Positions 28,561 through 37,857 of a stretch of 64,000 bases of DNA are shown one piece after another (within the stretch, counting starts at the first letter, position 1; each line of letters begins with the position of its first letter). Source of the DNA: a virus (lineage: Duplodnaviria > Caudoviricetes); IMG/VR virus record IMGVR_UViG_2711768098_000003, positions 1 to 64,000 of that record, one strand, 5' to 3'. The translations under genes and the position numbers were made by a program. The notes under the pieces were generated by a model. That model searched no databases and was not told the origin of the DNA. It saw only the letters and a program-made list of their open reading frames with translations.

Positions 28561-29328
28561 TTACTTGCGTCCGCGGCCGCGTCGTTCGCGGCGGGACTTG
28601 ATGAGCTCGTCGATCGACGAGTCGTCGCCGAGTGGCTTGCTAGCTCCGTTACCTGCGGACAGGTCGGCGCCGGATCGTCCGGCGGCGGGGCGGGGCTGTT
28701 CCTTACGGAACTTCGGGTTTGCCTGCAGCGCAGCGGAGACCGCGGCGTCGACTTGTGCCGTGTAGTCGGCGGCGGAATGGTCGAGGGCTGCGAGAGTCTT
28801 CGACAGTTCCTTCGAGTCGGAGAGACTGTTGAAGTCGCCGTCGTTCGCTACTGCGGCGTCACGGAGTGCGTTGTGCTCGGTGAGTTCGCGGAGGCGGCGG
28901 GCGGTTTCGGTTTCCCGTTGGGCGACGGCATCACGGTCAGCGGTGAGCTGGGCGATGATGTCTTCAGGCTTGGGTGCTTCGTCGTTGTCTTTGATGAGGC
29001 CGAGTTCGCGGCCCCACTTTTCGACGAGGCCCTGCTGTGTTTCGGCGGCAGCTTTTTCAGCGGCTTCCTTCGCAGCTTTTTCGGCCTTCTCGTTGCCTTT
29101 GACCCGTGCGGCAGCGTTTTCGCGGCGTAGCTTTTCGATTTCCTTGCGGAGGATCGCGGGGTCGTCGATGGGTTCGCTGGCGGCTGCGGCGTCCGGTTCT
29201 ACCGTTGCGGCATCGTCTGCGGCGGGTTCGACTGCGGGTTCCGGTTCCACCGTCACTGCGGGTTCGACGGCTGGTGTGGCCGCCGTTTCCGGGGTGATGT
29301 CGGTGGGGGTGACTGTGCTGTCAGACAT
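28561..29328 (-). CDS. Capsid scaffolding protein
   Basis: Acidic disordered N-terminus, I.KLR.ENA..R, coiled coil. Confidence 0.8.
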   Translation of the reverse strand: MSDSTVTPTDITPETAATPAVEPAVTVEPEPAVEPAADDAATVEPDAAAASEPIDDPAILRKEIEKLRRENAAARVKGNEKAEKAAKEAAEKAAAETQQGLVEKWGRELGLIKDNDEAPKPEDIIAQLTADRDAVAQRETETARRLRELTEHNALRDAAVANDGDFNSLSDSKELSKTLAALDHSAADYTAQVDAAVSAALQANPKFRKEQPRPAAGRSGADLSAGNGASKPLGDDSSIDELIKSRRERRGRGRK

Positions 29329-29493
29329 GTGGTGTTGCCCTTCTGCCGCGCCTGGCGGACATGAAGAAGCCCCCGGCCACTTGTGGGTGTTCGGGGGCTG
29401 CGGAAATTTGTGTGGGAGCCCTGCGTCAGGCAGGGTTTGGTGCACCGCTGCTACGGCGGCTCCAGGCCGTGTAGTGCGGAAATTTGTGGGGTG

Positions 29494-31815
29494 TTATCGG
29501 GCGGTGTTCGCTTGTTCGCGGCGTCTCGCGCGCGGCACGGTGGGGTGTGCGGCGACGTGTTCGCGGATGCGTGCTTGGAGTGCGCGGGTGCGGGCGTTCG
29601 CTTTCGTTTTCGCGGCCGGGGTGAGTGCTGCGGCGTGGCGGCGTTTGCTGGCGCGGACTTGCCGTTCCAGGTAGCGGAGTTGCTGCGACGCTTTGTAGTC
29701 GGCGGGGTCGACTGAGGGGGCGTGAGGTAAATCATCCCCAGGCGTCCATATCGACAGGCTATGCCTGCAGTTATGGGTGATAATGGAATTGGCTATATAC
29801 CAACCCTCCCCTGACTCAAGGTTGTAGACGTGACCCGAATAGTTCTGCCGCTCGACACTGACGATCTTGTCGCTCGATATCAGGCCGGGGAGAGCGCTAA
29901 AACTCTCTCCGAGATCTGCAAATGCAGCCCCGGCGCCATCTACCAACGACTCCGCAAAGCCGGTGTGCTGCGCTCTGTTTCGGATGCTGCGCAGGAACGC
30001 GCCAGCCGAGCCGCTGGGCCCGAGTGGCTGCCCGATGCTGTCCGGCTCTACAAGTCCGGGAAGTCTCAGATTGATATCGAACGCGAACTCGGCATCAAGC
30101 AATCCCTTATCAGTGCCGCTTTCAAGCGGCACGGAATAACCGTGCGGCCCGCCGACGAGAGAAACAGGATGAGATGGGCTAAGGAGACTCCCGAGGGCCG
30201 GGCTTTTCTGGTCGAATCTGCCCATAATGCCGTCCGTGGAATGGTCCGCACCGAGGCTGACTTGGCTAAACGCGCCGAGGGAAAGCAGCGCACCAAGGCG
30301 CACGCCACCGATGAAGAGACTGCCATCCTGGATGCTCTCGCCGAACGAGGAGTCGAGGGCATCGCCCAGAAGGCTGTCGGCCGTTACAACATCGACATCG
30401 CCTGTGGACCCGTCGCCGTGGAACTGTGCGGCGGCGGCTGGCACGGTCATGGGCGGCACCTCAGCCGACTGCCGCAGCGCGTCAAATACATCGCCGATGC
30501 GGGCTTCAATCAGATCTACATTTGGGCCCTTGCTGGCAGTCGAGACCTTAACGTCTCCGCTGTGGCGGATGACATCGCCGCCTACCATGAGTTCTCCTGC
30601 AGCCACCCATCCGCTCGACGTCAATATCGGGTGGTTTGGGGTAGCAGTGAGTTTGTTTCCGCTGGTTGTGTTGATGACGACTACCTCGCCGTCATACCAG
30701 CGCCGATCCGCGGCCTTAACGCCACTAGGTACTGACACTGGAGTATCGCCAGGAAAGCAGTTGGGGTGGTGCAATCCCCGGGCGCGCGCTTTCGCCACCG
30801 ACGTGACCACACGGCCACGCCACGGCTCAGTACCGCCATACGACGTCGTCGCACCCGTCACCGACAACAGATTCCCTTGAAACGGGGCGCACAAGTTCGA
30901 ACAGTTCGGGTGAATCGACACCTTCACCAAGTCGTAGCCGTAACTGGCAATCAACGTGATGTGCGCGTCGATCGCGGCCTGCGCTGTCGCAGTGCGCGTC
31001 GCCATCTCCATGTAGCTCGTCATCGACCAGTTGCGTCCGCGGGAGTCGACGAAACCGGTGATGCCGCGTTCGGCGTACCGGTCGATCAACTTTTGTGCGA
31101 GGCGAAGCCGGTCGGCTTCACTGGAGAGCGGGTTGGCGAGGACTTCGGCCATCACTTGCTGGTACATGCCTTCGGCTGCGGCGACCATGTGCGGCGCCAT
31201 CGACTCCAACTGCGGCAAGAGTGGGTTTGGTGGGCGGACGGTGACGCCTCGCGGGGTTTGCGGTGCGATTGGGGCGGTGGCGCGGAGGTCGTCGAGTGTC
31301 ATGTCGGCGGGTGCATCGGGTGCGCGGTGCCGGGGTTCTCGTGCGCGATGCCTACCGTTCGTAGGGGGTGCGTCGAGGTCGACGGGCGGCAGGGTTGATG
31401 CTGTTCGGCCACTGCGGCTACCCGGCGACGCTATTTCGGATGTATTCGGCGAACCATTCCGATCGGGCTGTGACCTGCCGCGACCTTTAGGGGATGTATC
31501 TGCGGCTCCACGGGTGCGGCGCAGCGACTCCGACGCGGTATCCACACCGACATCGGCGGCATCATCCATCGCGGCATCCGCTGCGGCACGCGTACGACGC
31601 AACATGCCACCGACATACGTGCGAACCCGTTTACGGAACGCCGCCAACCGTGTGAACTTCCCTGCCGCCGCACCCGTGATCTCAGCGAACACAGCGCCCG
31701 CAACGATGCCGATCAAAGCGAGCTCGCCCGCCGACACTTCCTCGACGACAGGATCCTCGAGGCCCTCAGTGTCATCCGACGAGACCGGTACAGCATCCTC
31801 CTCGGATGACATCAA
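29494..31815 (-). CDS. Phage minor capsid (MuF-like) protein containing an intein
   Basis: FVDSRGR.W....Y.EMA.RT, C...C.P.QG, GL.HPN|CRH split by intein, R.LER.VR..KR. Confidence 0.9.
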   Translation of the reverse strand: MMSSEEDAVPVSSDDTEGLEDPVVEEVSAGELALIGIVAGAVFAEITGAAAGKFTRLAAFRKRVRTYVGGMLRRTRAAADAAMDDAADVGVDTASESLRRTRGAADTSPKGRGRSQPDRNGSPNTSEIASPGSRSGRTASTLPPVDLDAPPTNGRHRAREPRHRAPDAPADMTLDDLRATAPIAPQTPRGVTVRPPNPLLPQLESMAPHMVAAAEGMYQQVMAEVLANPLSSEADRLRLAQKLIDRYAERGITGFVDSRGRNWSMTSYMEMATRTATAQAAIDAHITLIASYGYDLVKVSIHPNCSNLCAPFQGNLLSVTGATTSYGGTEPWRGRVVTSVAKARARGLHHPNCFPGDTPVSVPSGVKAADRRWYDGEVVVINTTSGNKLTATPNHPILTSSGWVAAGELMVGGDVIRHSGDVKVSTASKGPNVDLIEARIGDVFDALRQSAEVPPMTVPAAAAQFHGDGSTGDVDVVTADSLLGDALDSSFGESIQDGSLFIGGVRLGALLSLGAFSQVSLGADHSTDGIMGRFDQKSPALGSLLSPSHPVSLVGGPHGYSVPLESGTDKGLLDAEFAFDINLRLPGLVEPDSIGQPLGPSGSAGAFLRSIRNRAQHTGFAESLVDGAGAAFADLGESFSALPGLISSDKIVSVERQNYSGHVYNLESGEGWYIANSIITHNCRHSLSIWTPGDDLPHAPSVDPADYKASQQLRYLERQVRASKRRHAAALTPAAKTKANARTRALQARIREHVAAHPTVPRARRREQANTAR
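29770..30759 (-). other. Intein (330 aa) inserted at HPN/CRH
   Basis: Block A CFPGDTPV, block B TPNHPI...GW..A.EL..G, block F VYNL, block G THN followed by Cys+1. Confidence 0.92.
29830..30735 (+). CDS. Antisense, intein-nested HTH-HTH plus DUF559/Vsr-like endonuclease
   Basis: Y..GES...L......S...I..RLRKAGV; LY.SG.S...I..ELGI....I...F.RHGI; T.EE..I...L...G....Q..VGRY.IDIA....AVE..GG.WH...R......GF..I.IW. Confidence 0.8.
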   Translation: MTRIVLPLDTDDLVARYQAGESAKTLSEICKCSPGAIYQRLRKAGVLRSVSDAAQERASRAAGPEWLPDAVRLYKSGKSQIDIERELGIKQSLISAAFKRHGITVRPADERNRMRWAKETPEGRAFLVESAHNAVRGMVRTEADLAKRAEGKQRTKAHATDEETAILDALAERGVEGIAQKAVGRYNIDIACGPVAVELCGGGWHGHGRHLSRLPQRVKYIADAGFNQIYIWALAGSRDLNVSAVADDIAAYHEFSCSHPSARRQYRVVWGSSEFVSAGCVDDDYLAVIPAPIRGLNATRY

Positions 31816-31830
31816 AGGGCCTCTTTCCAG

Positions 31831-33399
31831 TTAGGCGGCCGTCTCGAACTCGGTGTCGTCAGTGCCCCCGAAGTCGCCGCCGGAAGAGAACGAGTTTTCG
31901 TCCTTCATCTCCTGCTTGATGCGGGCCACTTCATCGTCCTGTTCATCCGTCGACCAGTTCGGGTTGCGCTCCTTCACGGCCTGTTCGATAGACATGGCGT
32001 TCGCAGTCCGCAACGTGGCGATAGACGCCGACAGTTCGGCAGGCGACTGCGTCGAGCGAGTCGGGAACTTCAACTCAGGGAGCTCCGACAATGCGATGCC
32101 AGTGCCGAACAGTTCGGCATCGATGTCCATCGCAGTCTTCGCGAGCGGCCGCAACCCGGCCTTCCAATAGTTGATTTTCTTGTCGCGGGTGCGTTCGGAC
32201 AGCTTGTCTTTTGAGTTCACTTCGGTGGCGGTGGGAACGCCCACGGTGAGGCTCGAGTCGGAGAAGTTGTTCGACGACAGGCCGGCGCCACGCAGGATCG
32301 CGTTGAGTATTTCCGCGCACGTCTGCGAATGCTCTTGCCAGCGGATCGCGAACTGGTTTGCTTGCACCGATGATGCGGCGCCACCGGATGCGTCACCGAG
32401 CTGCTCGCGCAGCGGCGTGAAGATCGCCTGGTCGGAGTCGAACATGCCGCCCTTGCCGGGGCCACTGTTGATGAGGAGGCCTTCGTCGACGAACAAACGT
32501 GCTTTGCCGAGGTCCAGGTCACGCATCCACGACGTGTATGCCTCATCCAATGCGTCGAACAGTTGCTCGAGGCCGTCGAAGTCGGAGCGCCCCAACTGGG
32601 TGAGACCTGGTTTGGTGCGCCACCGCCGGTTCGGGCGGACGTTCGGCACATACGATGCCGTTAACTCGTCGACACCGGTCAGGATGGCGCCGTCCTGGTC
32701 GACTGCATTCGCGGCCCATTCGGTGGCATCAACCTCGGTTAACGGCACCTTCCGGCCCAGATGGCCTTGGTCGCCTTGGTAGAGGCCGTGGATGATCCGT
32801 CCGGATTCGTGACGCTCCAAATGGCGTAGCACGATACCGTTGTCATCCAGCACGGTTGTCCAGAACGTGACTGCTGTCAGATGGTTGTACGTCCACGTTG
32901 GGATCGCGGCATCCGCGGCGACCGCGCCGATCATCACATGGTCGGCGATACGGTCATCCCACCACAAACGGTTGTAGGTGCCGCCGAGCGCCGAACAGAT
33001 TTCCGCGGACTCCAGGAATGTGGAGGCAGCCTCATCTGAGTTGAACATCAAGTCGAGGCGCTTAGTTGCAGCATCACCTGCAGCGGTGTCGTCTTCGGCG
33101 ATCGCGAACTTCGGTGGCTGCGAAAACAGGAGGTCTGCGCTCGACCGGGCGAGGTCAGCGGCGGCGGGGATGTGCAGTTTCGACGATGACTGCAGGTTGG
33201 GGCGGCCCCAAAAGAATTTGGCGAGGCGGCCCATGATGCCGCCGGGCATGACGGTTTGCCGCATCATGTTATTGCTGGCGTAGATGGTTTCGAGGTCTGC
33301 GGGGCTGCCGGTGTACCAGGCGTTCCATGTTTTGAAGTCTTTTTGTGCTTCGTCGAATGGTTTGGGCGGGAATTGGCCCCCGGCATCTGGTAGCGCCAC
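31831..33399 (-). CDS. Portal protein
   Basis: W.AWY.G, LHIP.A.D.A..SADLLF, LGRSDF, TATEV. Confidence 0.9.
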   Translation of the reverse strand: MALPDAGGQFPPKPFDEAQKDFKTWNAWYTGSPADLETIYASNNMMRQTVMPGGIMGRLAKFFWGRPNLQSSSKLHIPAAADLARSSADLLFSQPPKFAIAEDDTAAGDAATKRLDLMFNSDEAASTFLESAEICSALGGTYNRLWWDDRIADHVMIGAVAADAAIPTWTYNHLTAVTFWTTVLDDNGIVLRHLERHESGRIIHGLYQGDQGHLGRKVPLTEVDATEWAANAVDQDGAILTGVDELTASYVPNVRPNRRWRTKPGLTQLGRSDFDGLEQLFDALDEAYTSWMRDLDLGKARLFVDEGLLINSGPGKGGMFDSDQAIFTPLREQLGDASGGAASSVQANQFAIRWQEHSQTCAEILNAILRGAGLSSNNFSDSSLTVGVPTATEVNSKDKLSERTRDKKINYWKAGLRPLAKTAMDIDAELFGTGIALSELPELKFPTRSTQSPAELSASIATLRTANAMSIEQAVKERNPNWSTDEQDDEVARIKQEMKDENSFSSGGDFGGTDDTEFETAA

Positions 33400-33410
33400 T
33401 GGGGCCTCCT

Positions 33411-33632
33411 CTATTCGTCTTTGCGTTGCCCTGGCCAGAGCCCAAACACAGCTCGAAAATATTTAGCTGCAAGGCCATTGATGTATTTCTCTGGGATCTT
33501 TTTCAAGCGAAGTTGGTTCACCAACGTGGTGTACGGGTGCGGGGACAGTGCCCATAGGGCGAGGCCATCGCCTTTGGTCCACCATTTGGTGGGGCCGTGC
33601 ATCTTGGCTTCGCCGACTTTGCCTTCATCCAT
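33411..33632 (-). CDS. Small hypothetical protein between terminase and portal
   Basis: WW.KG.G...W....P...L...L.....GLAA......G.WPG pattern seen in actinophages. Confidence 0.55.
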   Translation of the reverse strand: MDEGKVGEAKMHGPTKWWTKGDGLALWALSPHPYTTLVNQLRLKKIPEKYINGLAAKYFRAVFGLWPGQRKDE

Positions 33633-33786
33633 GTAGCCGCCTATGAGAGTCGGTGCACGCGTGCGACTTGCCGCACCTGCGGCACAGTCATCGACGTGCG
33701 GGCAGGCAGAACTTGCACGGGGGACGTCGCGGTCATTGGTGCGAGCCAGTCGACGATCCGTTGCAGACGCCGGGCGATCCGAAACC

Positions 33787-34029
33787 TTATTCGTTGCAGC
33801 CGCATCCTGGACCGCCTTTCGGGCAGGATCTCGCGACGATCCGCGGATCCTCTTCGTATTCGTCGATCCAGTTGCGTCGCCAGCCGCGGTCTTCGCGCCG
33901 ACGCTGAGTGGCATTGTCGGGTGCGCAGTATCCGCAGCCATCCCAACAGCCGTGGCACTTCTTCATCCGTCCGGTGCCGATTCCGTAGACGGTTGGCCGG
34001 TCACTGGACCGACCGATCATGCGGGCCAT
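33787..34029 (-). CDS. Small Cys-rich hypothetical protein
   Basis: GGGAGG RBS; CxxC pairs. Confidence 0.45.
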   Translation of the reverse strand: MARMIGRSSDRPTVYGIGTGRMKKCHGCWDGCGYCAPDNATQRRREDRGWRRNWIDEYEEDPRIVARSCPKGGPGCGCNE

Positions 34030-34117
34030 ATCGCCTCCCGATGTCGTTGGACCGTTGCCGCGCAGCAATGGGTGTAGTCACCTGCTGCGCGGCACGCGGC
34101 TATTCAGTTGTCGGTCT

Positions 34118-35458
34118 CTACGCGGCATTCAAGCCAGCGAGTTGAGCATCGGATACAGCGTCGGACGTCAGGTCAACCTTTCGGCGCCAACGCTTCTCCG
34201 TCGTAGAACACACGTACCGGAGGCTGTCGAGGCCGTGGTCATCCTTCGTGATCGGATAATCCTTACCGTTGTCTGTCTGCTTCGGATCCCACGAGTAACC
34301 AGGGAACTCCTGGATCAGACCGCGGCACTTCGACGACACCTTCAACTTGCCTTTTTCCAGCAAGTTCGCGAGCAAACGGATGCCGTACAAGACTTCATTC
34401 GACGCCGGATAGGTGTGTACCCCGTCCGCTTTCATCTGCACACGAAACGATGCAGCGGCCGGGTCGACGATGACCGGGCCGATGTCAGGGTTGCCGTGCG
34501 GTGCAGGTAGATGCGGTTTCGTCAGCCATTCGCGGATGCCCTCCGACAGTTGCGAGTCGGTTTTGCGGGATTCCGACGATGATGCCGCGTACCGCCATTC
34601 ATCTACGGCGTACAGGACCCCGTCTTGGCCGAGGCCGAGGAGGATCGCGGATGTGGCGTTCGTGGTTCCGTAGTCGATTCCGACGCCGAAGTATTCGGTC
34701 ATCGCGGGGAGTTTCTCCCACGGTACGACGTGGCGTTCTTGATCCCACATGTCGTAGACGGCGCCTTCGGCTGCCACCCAGTGTCCGAGGATGAATCGCC
34801 GATACCAGAGTCCCGTGTATTCGGCGTAGAGAGAAGCTTTGTACTCTTCTTCCAGTGACGGGTTGTCTTCGATGTTGAAGTGGAAGCGTCGCCAGTTGGT
34901 GAGTTGCAGTTTCCCTTGGTCATCGGGTACGCCGATGCGATCCAGGTAGTCCTTCTTCAAAAAGTGGGCTGGCGTGTCGGGGTTGGTAGTCCCGAACATC
35001 TGCGCACCGGGTATCGACATGCGGCCGAGTGCCTGTTTGAAGAACGACTGGTCGAGGACTGTGATTTCGTCCAGGTACACTTGTTGCACCGACATTCCGC
35101 GAATCCGGTTCTCGGATTTGGCGTCGTTGGCGCCGATGCAGTGCACTTTGCGGCCATAGATGATTGCGGTTGCTGCGCCTTGCCGGTAGTGCACTTCCTT
35201 CGCGAACTCGGCGAACGCTGGGATCGATTCGATCGGTTCGAAAACGTTACGGTAGATCGCATCCCGGTTTTTGCCGACGATGATGATCGACCCCTCGGGA
35301 CCTGCATTCTTGATCTTGTCGAGCATGATCATCAGCCACGAGAACGTTTTGCCGGCGCGGATGGAACCTTCGAAGATGTTGACGCGGCCTGTTGCAGCGA
35401 TGATCGCGTACTGCTGCTTCGGTGACATTGCGGCCGGTTTGCGTGCGGGCGCGGTCAT
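34118..35458 (-). CDS. Terminase large subunit (PBSX family)
   Basis: EGSIRAGKT, YLDE, TTNPD, GIDYG.TN, VDPAAASF, DDH..D..RY. Confidence 0.95.
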   Translation of the reverse strand: MTAPARKPAAMSPKQQYAIIAATGRVNIFEGSIRAGKTFSWLMIMLDKIKNAGPEGSIIIVGKNRDAIYRNVFEPIESIPAFAEFAKEVHYRQGAATAIIYGRKVHCIGANDAKSENRIRGMSVQQVYLDEITVLDQSFFKQALGRMSIPGAQMFGTTNPDTPAHFLKKDYLDRIGVPDDQGKLQLTNWRRFHFNIEDNPSLEEEYKASLYAEYTGLWYRRFILGHWVAAEGAVYDMWDQERHVVPWEKLPAMTEYFGVGIDYGTTNATSAILLGLGQDGVLYAVDEWRYAASSSESRKTDSQLSEGIREWLTKPHLPAPHGNPDIGPVIVDPAAASFRVQMKADGVHTYPASNEVLYGIRLLANLLEKGKLKVSSKCRGLIQEFPGYSWDPKQTDNGKDYPITKDDHGLDSLRYVCSTTEKRWRRKVDLTSDAVSDAQLAGLNAA

Positions 35459-35943
35459 ACGTCAGGAACCACATCGCCAATGCCCGCAGACATTGGTGTC
35501 GCACCAGGTGCAACGGCGGACTGTGCGATAGCGGCCATGTCGAAGCTGCTGGCCCGGATCGACGCCATCAGTTCATCGAGCGCTGCACGGGATTCGCCGG
35601 AATTATCGGGTTCGACGATGAGGTCGAGGCCCTGATATTTGGCGCGGCGTTCCATGATTTTCAGTGCGGCGGCGATGGCTTTCGTGTCGCCGGTCGCTGC
35701 ACCCTTCCATACGCCGAGGAGCATGACGTCGAGTCGTTGGAGTTCCATGTCGACGACTTGTTGTGCGGGTTCGCGTTTGATCTCGGCGATTGCTTCGGCG
35801 ACGAGTCGTTGCGCTGTCGACTTGGAGATGTCGAGTTGCGCTGCGATGGTGCGCACGGTTGCGCCTGCTAGGCGTAGTTGGAGGGCCTTTTCCTGACGTT
35901 GAGCGCGTTCGATTGCTGCTGCGTCGGTTTTCGACTTCGCCAA
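35455..35943 (-). CDS. Terminase small subunit (HTH)
   Basis: AL.LR.AG.T...IA.QL, EL.RLD, KI.ERRAK..GLD; AAGGAGG RBS. Confidence 0.8.
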   Translation of the reverse strand: MAKSKTDAAAIERAQRQEKALQLRLAGATVRTIAAQLDISKSTAQRLVAEAIAEIKREPAQQVVDMELQRLDVMLLGVWKGAATGDTKAIAAALKIMERRAKYQGLDLIVEPDNSGESRAALDELMASIRASSFDMAAIAQSAVAPGATPMSAGIGDVVPDV

Positions 35944-35959
35944 CGGGGCCTCCTTTCGC

Positions 35960-36587
35960 TTGGGGATAGGCGCTCCTGGCGTCCTTGTCCGCTGCGTTCA
36001 GGGGGTGCCGTTTCTGGGGCATGTGTTGCTGGTCCGCACTGGCCGACTGTTTCCGCGTGTTGTGCTCGTGTGTGGGGTGTGTGGGAGCTTGTTGCGGTGT
36101 TGGTTGGTGTGGTGCGGGGGTTTGGGCGCCCCGACTCGACCGGCGGGCTTCGCGACGGGTAGCGGCGTCGGCCTTGGGGCTCGGGAGTCGGGGCGATTTG
36201 TTGCGGCAGGCTGATCCGGCGGTTGTCGTGTGTGAGTGTCCGGTGGCGTGCCGCTGCTTTGGGTTGAGGCTTTTGTCGACGCAGTGCCTCACGATCGCGT
36301 CTGCGGTGCTCCCGGTTTCTGGTCCGGGTCTTTTCAGTTGATGCCTGCACGGGGCAAGTTGTGGCCCTATGTCGGGGGCTGGCCGGTGCGCCTTGGTCGT
36401 ACGCCACGGACAGGCGCGGCAACCCCGCAGTTCCTGTGCGCTCACATGCCGAGAGCCCGCAGCTAAACCCACAGCCCTAACTGGATGCGGGGAAAGCGTT
36501 CACGTCCCAGCTTGCCCGTCGAGTGCTCGAGTTCGGCGGGCCTACTACTACGCGACGTCGATGTCCGGTCAAGGTGAAAGACGTCGC
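35960..36587 (-). ncRNA. Candidate long structured non-coding RNA
   Basis: No credible ORF; several GC stems (36127-36195, 36423-36492, 36514-36541, 36552-36587). Confidence 0.35.
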
Positions 36588-36660
36588 TGGCTGACCCGCC
36601 ACGAATCGAACGTGGGTCTCCCATGCCTAGGATGCTCTATGCCAGTTGAGCTACGGGTCA
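36588..36660 (-). ncRNA. tRNA-like RNA lacking a canonical anticodon loop
   Basis: Acceptor TGACCCG/CGGGTCA, D arm GCTC/GAGC, T arm CCACG-TTCGATT-CGTGG, G73 plus CCA; anticodon arm TCCTA-GGCA-TGGGA. Confidence 0.8.
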
Positions 36661-36691
36661 AGACTGGATATCCGCGTCCAGTCAGCGCGAG

Positions 36692-37210
36692 CTACTTGCG
36701 GCGCCGCGGCCGCGCAAACGGATCCGTGTCCGTCCGATACGCCTTATCGCGCATGTTCGCCTGCGTCTGCGCATTGATACGAGCCGCCATGCCCTTATTC
36801 GACGGCGAACCAGCGCCGTTCAGCTTCTCGTTCAGGCGACGCGTCTTCTCGGCGCGGGCACTACGCTCAGCAGCCCGCTTCTCATTCCAGGAGTCCACGG
36901 TGGCTGCCGTCGTCTTCCGGTCGGCAGCGATCTCCGCCGCCGTTTTATCCGACTTGACGGGGCCACGCTTCGGGGCAGGCTGGACGCCGAACTTCTTTTG
37001 CGCTGCGAGATGCTGTTTCGACCCGGTGCCGTACATGGCTTCAGCAGCCTTAGTCTTGTCGGCGCCGGACATGCTGCGGGAGTCCCGCCCGTTCAAACCG
37101 GAAGGCTTCGAAGGGGCTTTCCGGTTTGTACTTTTCTTCCCGGATGCGTTGCGGGCTTTCAGCGCGGCACTGATCTTCGCCTTATGCTCGGCGGACAGTG
37201 GCCTACCCAT
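36692..37210 (-). CDS. Basic protein with NUMOD3-like N-terminus
   Basis: MGRPLSAEHKAKISAALK; K/R/A-rich. Confidence 0.7.
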   Translation of the reverse strand: MGRPLSAEHKAKISAALKARNASGKKSTNRKAPSKPSGLNGRDSRSMSGADKTKAAEAMYGTGSKQHLAAQKKFGVQPAPKRGPVKSDKTAAEIAADRKTTAATVDSWNEKRAAERSARAEKTRRLNEKLNGAGSPSNKGMAARINAQTQANMRDKAYRTDTDPFARPRRRK

Positions 37211-37632
37211 CAGCGGCCTGTATTCCGTGCCGCACGCGCCGCGCGACGAGTCCGCGTATTCGCTGCACGACCCTCACGAGCCCAGTCAGTCGTCGCATCA
37301 TCCTTACTTGCCGCAGCATGCTTCGCGACGAACCGGTAGCGGGAGTTGCTGGTGCCGTCCTTGCGCTGCTCCAGTTTGCCCATCTCGCCGCGGGCGCGAC
37401 GGTCAGACTTGATTTTGTCGATGCTGCGGCGCGTTGCCGCGATACCGTCAGCTTCACTCGATTTCGGCTTTGCAGTCGATCCGGGTGCGCCCTTGATTGT
37501 GGATGCGGCAAGAGCTCCGGGTCTGCGGGCAGGCGCGTCCGGCTTGGCCTTGCTGGACTTGTTCGCGGCGTTGCGTTTCTTCAGTGCCGCCGAGATCTTC
37601 GCTTTGTGTTCAGCGGAGAGTGGTTTACCCAT
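37210..37632 (-). CDS. Basic protein with NUMOD3-like N-terminus
   Basis: MGKPLSAEHKAKISAALK; TGATG coupling. Confidence 0.7.
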   Translation of the reverse strand: MGKPLSAEHKAKISAALKKRNAANKSSKAKPDAPARRPGALAASTIKGAPGSTAKPKSSEADGIAATRRSIDKIKSDRRARGEMGKLEQRKDGTSNSRYRFVAKHAAASKDDATTDWAREGRAANTRTRRAARAARNTGR

Positions 37633-37829
37633 CAGCGGCCTGCTTTCTTCGGTGCAGCCTTCGGTGCGGCAGCTTTCTTCGGGGCTGCCTTCTTGCCTGC
37701 GATCTTCGCGGCCAGGAACGGCGGCAGATCAGACTTGCCACCCGCCGGCTTCTTACCCGCAGCAGCCTTCTTCGCAGCAGCATTCTTCGCGAACGCTGGG
37801 GGCATGACGCCCTTCTTCGGTGCAGCCAT
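37632..37829 (-). CDS. Histone H1-like Lys/Ala/Pro-rich protein
   Basis: AAPKK/KKAA repeats, PP(A)F twice; GGAG RBS. Confidence 0.65.
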   Translation of the reverse strand: MAAPKKGVMPPAFAKNAAAKKAAAGKKPAGGKSDLPPFLAAKIAGKKAAPKKAAAPKAAPKKAGR

Positions 37830-37857
37830 CAGCAGCACTCCAATCATGTCGATTCGA

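Noticed and set aside
35603-36472. Minus-strand ORFs of 184-289 aa upstream of the terminase
   Set aside because: Low-complexity R/P/T/H translations, no RBS, and overlap with the real small terminase gene.
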